From IMG/VR virus record IMGVR_UViG_3300018080_000222, positions 1 through 54,119 of that record: 54,119 nucleotides of DNA, one strand, 5' to 3'. The position numbers and the translations under genes were made by a program. The notes beneath the pieces were generated by a model. That model searched no databases, was not told the DNA's origin, and saw only the letters and a program-made list of their open reading frames with translations. Below, one piece after another: positions 26,728 to 36,927 of this stretch. Position 1 is the stretch's first letter. Each line of letters begins with the position of its first letter. The stretch is from a virus (Duplodnaviria > Caudoviricetes).

Positions 26728-26755
26728 GTTATACGTGTAATCTTGAGGTTTGTTC
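26728..26755 (-). promoter_or_regulatory. Class M promoter GAACA-N15-CGTATAAC
   Basis: Motif copy immediately after the tail-tube terminator. Confidence 0.7.
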
Positions 26756-26764
26756 TCAAAAAAT

Positions 26765-26796
26765 AAAAAAAAGGAGTGGTCCGAAAACCACTCCTT
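26765..26796 (-). terminator. Rho-independent terminator
   Basis: GGAGTGGT-TTTCGG-ACCACTCC followed by T8. Confidence 0.88.
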
Positions 26797-26823
26797 CTGA
26801 GATATATCTTATATTGTTGTTCG

Positions 26824-27939
26824 TTATGTAGCTAGGCCAGCAGGGTCTTGCGTGTGAGTAACGCGTAAGCTGTTGAAATTCGAATAGTTGTAGCTTGTGG
26901 CGACATTGCCACCACCTGCATCCCCACCGCCGTAGCTCACAGACGATAGTTTGTTCTTCGCCCCGAGGTTAATTCTTGTACCCTCTTCAACCCAGATGAA
27001 AATCTTATGTTCGGTAAGGTTACTGCCACCGACTGGGTCTGCCATGGCGTCAATCAGATCACCCTCAGATGAAGTAGAGTCGATTGCACAGGTGACTTCG
27101 GTCGGGAACGAAACAAACCGGTGATACGGTCCTCGGCGTCCTAGTTCGAATAGCTCTTCACGACCAAGGTCCGTAGAAATCGTTACGGTCTGGAGGTGAG
27201 CAGCATATGCATCCCCGTCTACCAGGTTCCAGCCGTTGGCATCGATTCCATCGATCTCCGTGGGCCAAATACTACCACTAACACCAGTAATGACCCCAGC
27301 ATCACTCATGGAGCAACCTGAACCCATCAATACGTTTTCTCTACGGGCTACGCCACCAGAAGCAGCGAGAGAGAGTGGTTCATCTGAGCCATCGAATACA
27401 GATGGAGCGAAGTGGGTTAATCCAGAAGCAGTCCATTCCTTGTTATTGCCCACTAGGGTAATATCTTCGGTAGAACTACCCTCAACATTCAGTGTATACG
27501 TCAGAGTCGAGACGTACATACCGGACATACCCACAGACTGTAGCGGCGTTCCGGAAGCATTATCATTGGTATCTGGATAGATATTCAGAGCAGCAAAGCA
27601 CCGCTCATTGGACCTTCCAACCAGGGTCGCAGAAGTAGCACCAGGAGTTGCTAGGTGATACAGCAACGGATAGCCATCCAACACCTTCTGTGCTGTTAGC
27701 TCAATATCGGGGATACCCTCGACATTCTCATACAGTTCTAGTTGACCAAGCTCAAATACCTGCTCAAGATTGAATGTGGTATTTAAACCAACACTTTGAA
27801 CACCATGCGCAGTTCTGAATCCAGACGGGTGCGTTCCGGAACCAGCATGGAGTGCACCGGCGTCAAGCGGACATAATTGATCATGCTCCGCGAACCCCAA
27901 TGCCTGCCCGGCGTAGAAAATTCTTGAATTAACACTCAT
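26824..27939 (-). CDS. Major tail (tube) protein
   Basis: 371 aa with two repeats of V/LQ[ST]V...E.[VL]FELG tube-like motif; follows neck genes; own promoter and terminator. Confidence 0.7.
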   Translation of the reverse strand: MSVNSRIFYAGQALGFAEHDQLCPLDAGALHAGSGTHPSGFRTAHGVQSVGLNTTFNLEQVFELGQLELYENVEGIPDIELTAQKVLDGYPLLYHLATPGATSATLVGRSNERCFAALNIYPDTNDNASGTPLQSVGMSGMYVSTLTYTLNVEGSSTEDITLVGNNKEWTASGLTHFAPSVFDGSDEPLSLAASGGVARRENVLMGSGCSMSDAGVITGVSGSIWPTEIDGIDANGWNLVDGDAYAAHLQTVTISTDLGREELFELGRRGPYHRFVSFPTEVTCAIDSTSSEGDLIDAMADPVGGSNLTEHKIFIWVEEGTRINLGAKNKLSSVSYGGGDAGGGNVATSYNYSNFNSLRVTHTQDPAGLAT

Positions 27940-27993
27940 CTTATTACCACCTCACTTTACAAAGGATACTTTCCCAAACTGTCCATCAATGTA

Positions 27994-28003
27994 TTATACA
28001 CCA
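27994..28003 (-). promoter_or_regulatory. Class L promoter TGGTGTATAA for tail tube
   Basis: Formed by terminal codons (I-G-V-stop) of the LAGLIDADG gene. Confidence 0.7.
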
Positions 28004-28773
28004 ATAGCACTCAAATATTTCCGTGTTAATGATATGCTAGTATTATCATAAAGAGCACACAATAATCTGGCTATATATTTACCAGCATACTTAATTTCCC
28101 AACAACAATCTGTTTTTTTATATGGCGATACATTCGGTGACCATCCCAAAATATGGCTTATGAATTGATGGAAATTAACAACTACATCATAGGTACCGCA
28201 AATACCGAGTATTTTCTTGCTCACCCACCCATCCCCATCAATCATCCCTCGCCAAAAATGCCTATTGCTTTTCAAAGCTTCGGGAACTTTAGCAATCCTA
28301 CTTTTTCGAGGAACAATCCCATATTCTGCCAATTTTTCCACAATTCTGTTGGAATAAATACTCAAGAAGACTCCATTTTTATTGTAATACAACGGCTTAT
28401 CAGAACCAACGAATTTTTTGAACTTTTCCAAGTGCTCCCAATCCTTAGCAGCCAACCCTAAGTTCAATTGCTTCGATCTTCTCGGGGGATGGTAGATATT
28501 ACCATCAGCCAAAATAAAGCCTACCCAATAGGCGCTTTCTTCCGTAATTGTATCGAAGATATTTTCTCTAATCTGATTCGTCCTTTTCGCGTTGCTGCGA
28601 TTCCGGACAAAAACCCCTCGCCTTTTTAATAGAGACGTAATCGTAACATCAGCAACATTATATTTAAATCCTAATTGTCTGGCAGACTTTCCTCCTTCAT
28701 ATTCCCCTATTATTTCCTGCGTTACTGCCTCGCTCGGATTCCACTGATCTGATCTACTTTTTCTGTCCTGCAT
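27994..28773 (-). CDS. Free-standing LAGLIDADG homing endonuclease with N-terminal HTH
   Basis: AYWVGFILADGNI and HFWRGMIDGDGWV. Confidence 0.88.
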   Translation of the reverse strand: MQDRKSRSDQWNPSEAVTQEIIGEYEGGKSARQLGFKYNVADVTITSLLKRRGVFVRNRSNAKRTNQIRENIFDTITEESAYWVGFILADGNIYHPPRRSKQLNLGLAAKDWEHLEKFKKFVGSDKPLYYNKNGVFLSIYSNRIVEKLAEYGIVPRKSRIAKVPEALKSNRHFWRGMIDGDGWVSKKILGICGTYDVVVNFHQFISHILGWSPNVSPYKKTDCCWEIKYAGKYIARLLCALYDNTSISLTRKYLSAIGV

Positions 28774-28795
28774 AAGTTCTACCTCCTTGCATTAC

Positions 28796-28805
28796 TTATA
28801 CACCA
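28796..28805 (-). promoter_or_regulatory. Class L promoter TGGTGTATAA
   Basis: Exact motif upstream of the LAGLIDADG gene. Confidence 0.7.
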
Positions 28806-28820
28806 ACTTTATGCAATCCA

Positions 28821-29759
28821 TTATATATTTCCTACGTCAATTTCGATCTCCCAGGTGACCCTAGCCCTGAATAATTTAGAATTCAATGAATTAATTGTGG
28901 CTGGAGTACTATCTATCACTCTCATTAATTTCCAGGGATGGGCAGAGACCAAATCAGACCAATTTGTTGCCCCAGAAACCACATCGCCATATTCGTCAAA
29001 TGGGAATGTAATACCATTTAAATCAGCCAGCCAGAAGGTGCTCCGACTCTGGTAATCTAGCCAATCCATCAACAGATTCCTAGTTCCGGGACGATCGGCG
29101 AAAATGTGGAATGTGACATACCTGGTCTTAATTTGACCACCACCAAGCTGTAGTCCCCTTGCTGATCCATTAATTACCTCGATAAATACGCTGGGTAGCC
29201 ATATTTGATGCTCCCTGGTCGGGGTGCCAGACGGCAAAGCGTCAGTCTGAAACTCCTCAACCGCATTCAACATCATCGTCCTGAACTCGGGGTCATCTGC
29301 AAATCCAACATGTACCTGTCTACCAGTATATTCAAGTCGGATATCATCGTCATCGGCATTTTTGGGTTCATCGAAAATAACTCGCCCATTTAGGTAATCG
29401 ATGTGGTGAGCATAGATACCACCAGCAGTAGTAGAGTGGAAGTTTCCATTCACATATACTCCAGAAACACGGAATGGATCAGCACTGCCGCTGCCGAAGG
29501 TAACTCCACTTTCCCACACGAATTCCCTAGCGGATGCCTCCCAAACCCGTCCCTGGCCATATCTCTCATCTTCGACCGGATGCAATTTGGACTCATCGTC
29601 ATCCCAATGGCTGGCCGAGCTATACTCATAAATACTGAATCCACCATTGCGGACAAAGTTCCAGTCTGCGAACCACCTCAGGTTGTACAGAAGCTGATCG
29701 GTCATTGAGTATCCACCGAATCCAGCATCTTCGATTCCCTTAAAAGTTAAGGCACACAT
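28821..29759 (-). CDS. Putative tail terminator/completion protein
   Basis: 312 aa between neck genes and tail tube; LPSVFIE...QLGGG. Confidence 0.55.
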   Translation of the reverse strand: MCALTFKGIEDAGFGGYSMTDQLLYNLRWFADWNFVRNGGFSIYEYSSASHWDDDESKLHPVEDERYGQGRVWEASAREFVWESGVTFGSGSADPFRVSGVYVNGNFHSTTAGGIYAHHIDYLNGRVIFDEPKNADDDDIRLEYTGRQVHVGFADDPEFRTMMLNAVEEFQTDALPSGTPTREHQIWLPSVFIEVINGSARGLQLGGGQIKTRYVTFHIFADRPGTRNLLMDWLDYQSRSTFWLADLNGITFPFDEYGDVVSGATNWSDLVSAHPWKLMRVIDSTPATINSLNSKLFRARVTWEIEIDVGNI

Positions 29760-29771
29760 ATTCCCCCCTAG

Positions 29772-30467
29772 CTAGACCGTGGCCATTAATATCTTCGCTG
29801 CATCTTCTGCCACATGTGGTTGGCCCAGACTGTACTCTATAAAATTTTGGCCAGATTGTCCCGAAATTATATCTGGCAATACATACCCACCTGTGCCGCC
29901 AAGTGCCTTGAGTGAAACCATGATGGCCCTACCACTTCTCGACACCTTTTGAATCCTTACGTCTAGCTGTTGGTTTTCCCCACGAAACACTATGTCATAT
30001 GCCGCTTGACCGATATCGATAGTCGGGTCCATAAGTAGCCACCTAACGACCGGAATTACTACGCTCGAAGGACTAGAAACATATTGTGCGCCGGGAAGAG
30101 CCAAGTAACTATTCCAATCTCTCGGAACCGCCTGAATACGCAACGATACCTCCTTGGCACTACCGCGACTCAAAATCCTCACAGATGATCTAATCAGTTC
30201 GGCCATACCATCAGCAAGTGCATTGGCCATGCTATTCGTGAGACCAAAGTGCGCTGGCAAATCTTCCGGACCTTGTCCCCTAAGAGACTTGGCAACAGGG
30301 GTATTGTTGAAAGTAGTTACTAACATCCTACCAATTTTTTGGCTTGTGGTCGATGCCTTGGCCATTGCTCGTCTTGCCCACGTTTTCGAACCTTCCCTAA
30401 GAACTCCCTTAAAAAGCTGGGAATTAAAGTTCATAGTTGGTACCACTCTAATATCGAAATTAGCCAT
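29772..30467 (-). CDS. Putative neck/tail completion protein
   Basis: Position; start MANFDIR (TAATG coupling). Confidence 0.5.
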   Translation of the reverse strand: MANFDIRVVPTMNFNSQLFKGVLREGSKTWARRAMAKASTTSQKIGRMLVTTFNNTPVAKSLRGQGPEDLPAHFGLTNSMANALADGMAELIRSSVRILSRGSAKEVSLRIQAVPRDWNSYLALPGAQYVSSPSSVVIPVVRWLLMDPTIDIGQAAYDIVFRGENQQLDVRIQKVSRSGRAIMVSLKALGGTGGYVLPDIISGQSGQNFIEYSLGQPHVAEDAAKILMATV

Positions 30468-31057
30468 TATAGCAACTCCCAATAACTGATACAGTACCTG
30501 TCTTCTCTAAGACCCACGGGAATCGGCCCTTTGACCTTACGGACTCTCAACTGCATAACATTACGAATATCATAATTGACTATCGCAGTCTCGGCTCTCG
30601 TCAGACTGGGTGCATGTGTCAGGTAAGTCTTTATCCGTACGATACCCTTGTGGTCAGCAACTGATATACCGAAATCTTCTGCGTCATGCGGATTCCATTT
30701 CAGCAGAGCGTGGATACACTCCGTAGCTGCTGTTTCCAGAAAGCCTCTCCCCTTACAATATGGGCACCTACGTCCTCTCTCGAACGGACGTGGTCCTCCA
30801 GGTCTGTATACGCCATTCGATCTTTTGCGTATTGTATCGTAATAACAGTTGGTACACGGCGACTTGGTCGGGGTAAATTCTATCCACACGTATTTGCCAA
30901 GTTGATTGATAAGTGCATCAATTCTATCCTGGTATATGGTAATCAATTCATCACTAATCTGGATAGCTGCGTCTGGATCAAGGATGGGACATGATGAATC
31001 ATCAGGGACCGGGCTTCCATTCATAAATAGATTTAGCGTTCCACTCGTACTAGCCAT
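30467..31057 (-). CDS. Putative head-closure/neck protein with Zn-finger insertion
   Basis: CTNC...CPYCKGRG; start MASTSG; paralog of C-terminal domain of 31057..36666. Confidence 0.55.
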   Translation of the reverse strand: MASTSGTLNLFMNGSPVPDDSSCPILDPDAAIQISDELITIYQDRIDALINQLGKYVWIEFTPTKSPCTNCYYDTIRKRSNGVYRPGGPRPFERGRRCPYCKGRGFLETAATECIHALLKWNPHDAEDFGISVADHKGIVRIKTYLTHAPSLTRAETAIVNYDIRNVMQLRVRKVKGPIPVGLREDRYCISYWELL

Positions 31058-34000
31058 TAGATGGTCCTCCAAAAACTAATGCAATATTTGTCCTCCCTGA
31101 GACCGATCGGATACGGGCCTTTAACCAATGTAGCCCGGTATTTGACCAGGTTTATCACCTGACGATCTATTATGGCTATTCTGGCCCTCTGTAGGTCCGG
31201 AGCGTTGTCAATCAATGTCTTGAGCTTAACTATTTCTTCACTTTTCTGTACCGAAATGCCAAACTTGGCCACATCGGTAGGATTCCATGTTATCAAACAT
31301 TTTATACACAATTCTGAGACTTCCTCCAGAACACCCCTTCCCTTACAGTACGGACACCGACGCCCATCTTCAAACGAGACAGGCCCTCCAGGTACGTAAT
31401 GACCGGACGATCTTTTCCTCACCGGATCATATTGGCAGTTGGGACAATCGGTTATTGCTGGTTCAAATTGCAGGGTGACATTCTTCCCTGCCTGGTTCAG
31501 CAAGGCATCAACCCTACCTTGATATATATCAATTATACTTGATGGTATTTGAATCGCAGCGGTAGGATCAAGAATGGGGCACGCTATAGGTTCTACCGGT
31601 TCATATCCATTAATTACAAGAGTAATCTCTCCAGAATGGGGAATAATGCCTGACCCCGTCATCACCAGAGGTATGTTACCACTGGTTGTTTCATGTCCAC
31701 CTATAAATAGTGTTGTATCTCCAGAGGTACCCAGGTAACCATGGATAAACAGAGTAATGTCGCCAGAAGGTACATCGTACCCACCAATAAATAATGGGAT
31801 ATCTCCTGAAGCACCAATATGACCACCAATATATAATGGGATATCACCAGAGGCAAGCTGGTATCCGCCTACGAATAAGTCCATGCTACCGCTAGTGGTA
31901 CTATGTCCTTCAATAAACAGTGGTATGTCACCGGAAGCTATAGTATGTCCATTGATATACAAAGGAATATCACCGGACGTACTACTGTAACCATTGATGT
32001 ATAGGGGAATATTGCCAGACGACAAAGTATAGCCACCGATGAACAGAGTTGTATCACCAGAAGCCCCGGTGTGGCCTCCAATGAACAGTGGGATGTTTCC
32101 CGACGCTTCAGTTATAGCCGCTGTTCCACCTATGAAGAGTGTTGTGCTGCCAGAAGTAGTACTGTAACCATTGATATATAAAGGTATGTCACCGGAAGCA
32201 TTGACGTATCCACCAATGAATAGCGGGATATCCCCAGATACCGAACTGTGACCATGGATGTATAGTGTTGTGTCGCCAGAAGTAGTATCGTAGCCCCCGA
32301 TGAATAGATCAACGCTACCACTTGTGGTTTCGTAACCTTGGAGAAACAGGTCTATAGAGCCCGAAGTAGTTTGGCCAACCCCTGTCCCACCGATGAACAG
32401 TGGAATATTCCCAGATGCAAGATTATGCCCGCCAACGTAAAGCGAAATATCACCTGAAGCTAGACCATATCCTCCTATGAATAAATCGACAGAACCAGAG
32501 GCTGGTTCGTCTCCATGGATGAATAACGGAATATTATCTGTACCACTTTGGCGTCCTGCTATATATAGATCAATACTACCGCTAGCAGATTCATCTCCAC
32601 CTATAAAGAGGGTGGTTTCGCCAGACGCAGAAGTGTAGCCACCGATAAATAATGGGATATCACCTGAACTACCGGTGTGACCACCAATGTATAGTGGAAT
32701 ATCTCCGGAAGCAAGCTGATGTCCACATATGAATAGATCAATATTGCCACTTGCAACACTGTATCCGTTGATGAATAATGGGATATCTCCAGATGCGACA
32801 GCATATCCACCAATAAATAGTGTAATATCCCCAGAGCTTGGAGAGTAACCACCTACATATAAGGGTATGTCTCCGGACGCCGTGGTATATCCACCGATGA
32901 ATAAATCTGCATTCCCACTTGTGGTATCATGTCCCTGTATAAATAGGTCTATCGAACCAGAAGTCGTTTGACCGACTCCTGTGCCACCGATGAATAGTGG
33001 AATATTCCCAGATGCAAGATTATGCCCGCCAATGTAAAGTGGGATATCACCTGAAGCTAGACTATATCCTCCTATGAATAAGTCGACAGAGCCAGAGGCC
33101 GGTTCATGCCCACGGATGAACAGTGAGATATTACCCGATGTCTCTTCGTGACCACCGATGAAGAGTGAAATATCTCCAGACGCAATGGTATAGCCACCAA
33201 CAAACAGATCAATCGAACCAGAAGCCGTAGCTTCTCCTTTGATAAACAGCGGGATATCGCCCGAAGATGCAACATGTCCACCTATGAACAAGTCGGCTGA
33301 GCCAGAAGCCGATTCGTATCCATGGATAAATAGTGGGATATTGTCAGTGCCACTTTGGCGTCCTGCAGTATATAATGGCAAGTCTCCAGTGTTCTCTTGA
33401 TATCCACCGACGTACAAAGGCGTAGTACCACTGGACGTGCCAAGACCTCGAACGAAGAGATCGCGGCTAGTCAGGCGGTGATCATCTGTGGCTACTTTGA
33501 TATCAGGAGTTTGTCCCGACGGATATGTAGCAAAAATTTCTGTAGTATCTATTGGTTGTTTAACATAACCAATGTCACTGTCCGGACTGCTATCGGTACG
33601 AGCGAAATATATCCACTGACGGATAGAATTGATATCTATTTTTTCGGTATTCTCAGGCAGATTAGTGGCGATCACCGTTTCGTTGCTGCCACCCAAACTA
33701 CGACGTCGTATGTCTTTTCTGTTGGTCGTAAGGTAATATATGTGGCCATTGTCCGGGTCTATGCAAATGTCATTGTAGTAACGGGACCATTCGGCCCATA
33801 ACAGATAAGGAGATGAGCCATCTAAATTGGATCGCCATACTTCGGCTCGACCAAACTGTATGGAATTTTCGATCCAGTATAATTTGTCATTGATGGAATC
33901 AATGTCGAACCCAGTTATTGTAGCTGGACCGCTTCGGTCGAGTATAACTATTGGGTCGGACCCATCGATATTGGCTCGCATAAACCATAGTGCAGTCTCG

Positions 34001-36666
34001 TCTACCCAATACAAATAGTCATTGTCTATGTATAATGGACCAGGATTGCCGCTGGTGATAATATTTCTAATAGCTTGAGTGCTGGCTTCAAAGCGGTTTA
34101 TCTCTCCATGAGATGATTCGGACCAAAATACATTGCCATTGGAATAATCAAGCCCCAAGTGTCTAGGATATGTATTGCTAATATCGAATAGAGTTGTATC
34201 AGATTGGCCATTCACATCATATAGCGCCACGAATCTTGATCCAGTCGGGTCATTGTCATCATAAATATGATAAATCGAATCTCCCGGAAGTTTTTTGTGT
34301 CCTTGGATGTATAGAGTCATATTGCCCGAACACGGAATGCCGCCACCCCGGACAAATAGGTCTACATCGCCACTGATAGGCTGCACGCCTTCGACAAACA
34401 GGGCAACTTCGTCGTTAGCCTCATCAACGCCACCGATGAATAGTGATATTGAGGACAAATTCGGGTCATTATTCACTAACGCTACGGTGGGTTCTGAGTT
34501 AGGATCGTCATCAACCAGAATCACCAATTCATCAGTGACTAAATTAAGCGAACCTATCTGGCCCTTATCTAATCCGTCGGGAGTTGACCAGAATAATTGA
34601 TGCTGATTCTGATCAATAACAATTTCGCCGATATATTGTGGTAAATCCTCAGCGACAGTGGTGACATTGCTGCCATCAAGATGTGACTTGAATATGGCTT
34701 TGTACGTTTGAGTTTCGGAATAATATAGGGCATCATCATCAACATCTAGGGCAACTCCACGATAGTACTGGTCTTCTTCTACTCGCAACAGTTCTAGGTC
34801 AGAACCATCAAAATTAGCCCGATATATCGCACCAGAATTGCTCGGGATGTTATAATTTTCAGACCAATATATTTTCCCGTTATCGACATCGATGTCGAAA
34901 TAACTGGTCACATTTGACCTAGAGAATAACGCCTGGGAGTTTTCTCCATCCAGGTCTGACGCCACAAACGATGCAGAATCACCATCCACCCAATAGATTT
35001 TTCCATTGGTCTCGTCTATGCGAAGACCCCACGGCGATCCGCTGGCCAAAACATCATAAGTATCGCCATCCCGTTGGCGGTAGACCTTAATTTTGTCAGA
35101 ACCCAGCTCTTGCCAATAAACATCACCATTAGTAGTATCGACATCTAACTTACGGGGGTTGGTATTGCCAATATCATACAGAGTTTCATCTACGTCTGAT
35201 CCTACTGAGTATCGGTTCAGGTTGGCATTGCCCATCGAGTCTGAAATATGATATAGTGCATTACCAGGATAAGAATCGTGGCCGTGCACGAGCATAACAC
35301 ATGACCCAGACGCTAAGCCATGGCCGTTTGTATATAGGGAAACATTACCACTGGTGGTTTCTGAAACTGAGCCCTTAGACCTAACCCACAGCATACTATA
35401 CCATGGACCACGATGGTCGCCTGAACTAGTAGTCAAATTAGCATCATTAATCGATCCGCCAGAAGCAGGTTCGCAAGTCCAGTTGTGTATATGTGCACTG
35501 CCCTTTGCTCCAATAACAGATTGTTTGTTTGGAGAAGTAGTGTTCGCAGGAAATGCGTCGTTCCAGAAAAATTGTCCAATTATAATGTGGATGTGAGAGC
35601 CAGAAGTTTCATGGTCGTGGGATGACTCGTGCGTATGATAATCACTAGACGAATCAGTATCACCAATCTCCGAGTAATCTGTAGTGATTTTAATTTGGGT
35701 ACTGGTTAAGTCTATGGTAGTGCCACTACCGTTGCATATCTCCCACCATTCCGTATCTAGGCTACCGGAACTGCCAACATACCCAAATATCAAACCAGAT
35801 GGAACATCACTGGTACCGGTAGTTTGCACACCAAGCAACTTAGTGTAGGCTGGCTCTAGCCCACTGGCACTAGCATCTGTCGTAATGGTACTACTTGCAG
35901 CACCTGATGTCGACGCAACTGCCGAAGCTAGTGTGTGGTGTACCGGCTGAGCACGTCCTGGGATAGAAACCCCTGGTGAAGTGTTGAAGCTTCCAGCTAG
36001 ACCACAATCAGTTATTGGGTGATTATGATCATCGGCATCATGCCCATGTAACCCGCTAGTCTCGTGTGCATGACCACCAGAGGCAGCATTGACAGTTCCA
36101 CCATCTTGACCAGATGCAGCACCAACTACAAATAGGCCACTTAAACTGGGATAGCCGTTTACTCCACTGGCAATGGAAAACCCGTCTGGAGGAGTTTCTC
36201 GGTCAGTAAACGCAACAATGCCGCTTGGGATAGATGATGTCTCACTATCCGGTTTAATAACAATTGCGGTAATGTGTTGAGGGAAAAGTCCGGATATAGC
36301 TGTCGTTCCACCCGGATCAGAGGTGCTATAGTCAATTGAAGCAGGAGCAATATCATCACTATAGTGGGTATGTATTTGATTCGGTGCTAATATCCCTCCA
36401 CCCGCGTTGTCATATTGATTTACACCAGTTGCAGGTCCACCACTATCACTATTTACCCAGTGAAAGTGAGTATCCGAGGTATGTTCGTGTTCCGGGATGG
36501 TGTGATAGTGTCCGCTGCCACCGCCAAAAACTCCACCACTGACGGCACCCTGTAGGGCTCTACCATCACCAGAATTATCCCTAGAAAATCCCGCAGGGAT
36601 ACCACTGGGTCCAGATTCATCATGAATCCAGATCAAGCGGAAATTAGAGTCAAATGTTGGGGGCAT
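31057..36666 (-). CDS. Giant fibre-like virion protein (collar/HxH modules, two YWTD-like propellers, 14-aa repeat shaft, C-terminal neck-like domain)
   Basis: 1869 aa; HxH clusters; KIYWVD, KIYWSE, KLYWIE with RANxDGS; SGDIPLFIGG repeats. Confidence 0.75.
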   Translation of the reverse strand: MPPTFDSNFRLIWIHDESGPSGIPAGFSRDNSGDGRALQGAVSGGVFGGGSGHYHTIPEHEHTSDTHFHWVNSDSGGPATGVNQYDNAGGGILAPNQIHTHYSDDIAPASIDYSTSDPGGTTAISGLFPQHITAIVIKPDSETSSIPSGIVAFTDRETPPDGFSIASGVNGYPSLSGLFVVGAASGQDGGTVNAASGGHAHETSGLHGHDADDHNHPITDCGLAGSFNTSPGVSIPGRAQPVHHTLASAVASTSGAASSTITTDASASGLEPAYTKLLGVQTTGTSDVPSGLIFGYVGSSGSLDTEWWEICNGSGTTIDLTSTQIKITTDYSEIGDTDSSSDYHTHESSHDHETSGSHIHIIIGQFFWNDAFPANTTSPNKQSVIGAKGSAHIHNWTCEPASGGSINDANLTTSSGDHRGPWYSMLWVRSKGSVSETTSGNVSLYTNGHGLASGSCVMLVHGHDSYPGNALYHISDSMGNANLNRYSVGSDVDETLYDIGNTNPRKLDVDTTNGDVYWQELGSDKIKVYRQRDGDTYDVLASGSPWGLRIDETNGKIYWVDGDSASFVASDLDGENSQALFSRSNVTSYFDIDVDNGKIYWSENYNIPSNSGAIYRANFDGSDLELLRVEEDQYYRGVALDVDDDALYYSETQTYKAIFKSHLDGSNVTTVAEDLPQYIGEIVIDQNQHQLFWSTPDGLDKGQIGSLNLVTDELVILVDDDPNSEPTVALVNNDPNLSSISLFIGGVDEANDEVALFVEGVQPISGDVDLFVRGGGIPCSGNMTLYIQGHKKLPGDSIYHIYDDNDPTGSRFVALYDVNGQSDTTLFDISNTYPRHLGLDYSNGNVFWSESSHGEINRFEASTQAIRNIITSGNPGPLYIDNDYLYWVDETALWFMRANIDGSDPIVILDRSGPATITGFDIDSINDKLYWIENSIQFGRAEVWRSNLDGSSPYLLWAEWSRYYNDICIDPDNGHIYYLTTNRKDIRRRSLGGSNETVIATNLPENTEKIDINSIRQWIYFARTDSSPDSDIGYVKQPIDTTEIFATYPSGQTPDIKVATDDHRLTSRDLFVRGLGTSSGTTPLYVGGYQENTGDLPLYTAGRQSGTDNIPLFIHGYESASGSADLFIGGHVASSGDIPLFIKGEATASGSIDLFVGGYTIASGDISLFIGGHEETSGNISLFIRGHEPASGSVDLFIGGYSLASGDIPLYIGGHNLASGNIPLFIGGTGVGQTTSGSIDLFIQGHDTTSGNADLFIGGYTTASGDIPLYVGGYSPSSGDITLFIGGYAVASGDIPLFINGYSVASGNIDLFICGHQLASGDIPLYIGGHTGSSGDIPLFIGGYTSASGETTLFIGGDESASGSIDLYIAGRQSGTDNIPLFIHGDEPASGSVDLFIGGYGLASGDISLYVGGHNLASGNIPLFIGGTGVGQTTSGSIDLFLQGYETTSGSVDLFIGGYDTTSGDTTLYIHGHSSVSGDIPLFIGGYVNASGDIPLYINGYSTTSGSTTLFIGGTAAITEASGNIPLFIGGHTGASGDTTLFIGGYTLSSGNIPLYINGYSSTSGDIPLYINGHTIASGDIPLFIEGHSTTSGSMDLFVGGYQLASGDIPLYIGGHIGASGDIPLFIGGYDVPSGDITLFIHGYLGTSGDTTLFIGGHETTSGNIPLVMTGSGIIPHSGEITLVINGYEPVEPIACPILDPTAAIQIPSSIIDIYQGRVDALLNQAGKNVTLQFEPAITDCPNCQYDPVRKRSSGHYVPGGPVSFEDGRRCPYCKGRGVLEEVSELCIKCLITWNPTDVAKFGISVQKSEEIVKLKTLIDNAPDLQRARIAIIDRQVINLVKYRATLVKGPYPIGLREDKYCISFWRTI
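31605..33470 (-). repeat. ~42-bp (14-aa) degenerate tandem repeat, roughly 40-45 units
   Basis: Consensus (A/T/S)SG(D/N/S)(I/T)(P/D/T)L(F/Y)IGG(Y/H)xx. Confidence 0.9.
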
Positions 36667-36667
36667 G

Positions 36668-36925
36668 TTATGTCACTTCGGGTTGTGCTCCCTGAATTGC
36701 CTTGTCTATCTGCTGTTGTAGCTCTATCTTATTAATGGTCTTTTCAATGCATACCTCCAAGCCATGGACAGCACACGCAACAGCCACCAAATCACCTTCG
36801 TGACGGAAAACAAACTTGTCGTCCACCATAGCTGCTAGCCCAAAGAAACGAACGTTTTCTAGCACCCTTACTGGAATTGGACTACCATTATCGTCGTTTT
36901 TTTCTGGGTCAATATAAATTTTCAT
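36668..36925 (-). CDS. Hypothetical protein
   Basis: 85 aa in structural operon. Confidence 0.6.
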   Translation of the reverse strand: MKIYIDPEKNDDNGSPIPVRVLENVRFFGLAAMVDDKFVFRHEGDLVAVACAVHGLEVCIEKTINKIELQQQIDKAIQGAQPEVT

Positions 36926-36927
36926 TA

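Noticed and set aside
31605-33470. Repeat array as CRISPR or DGR template/variable repeat
   Set aside because: In-frame degenerate coding repeat; no constant repeat-spacer pattern, no evident adenine-specific variation, no cas or reverse transcriptase gene in window
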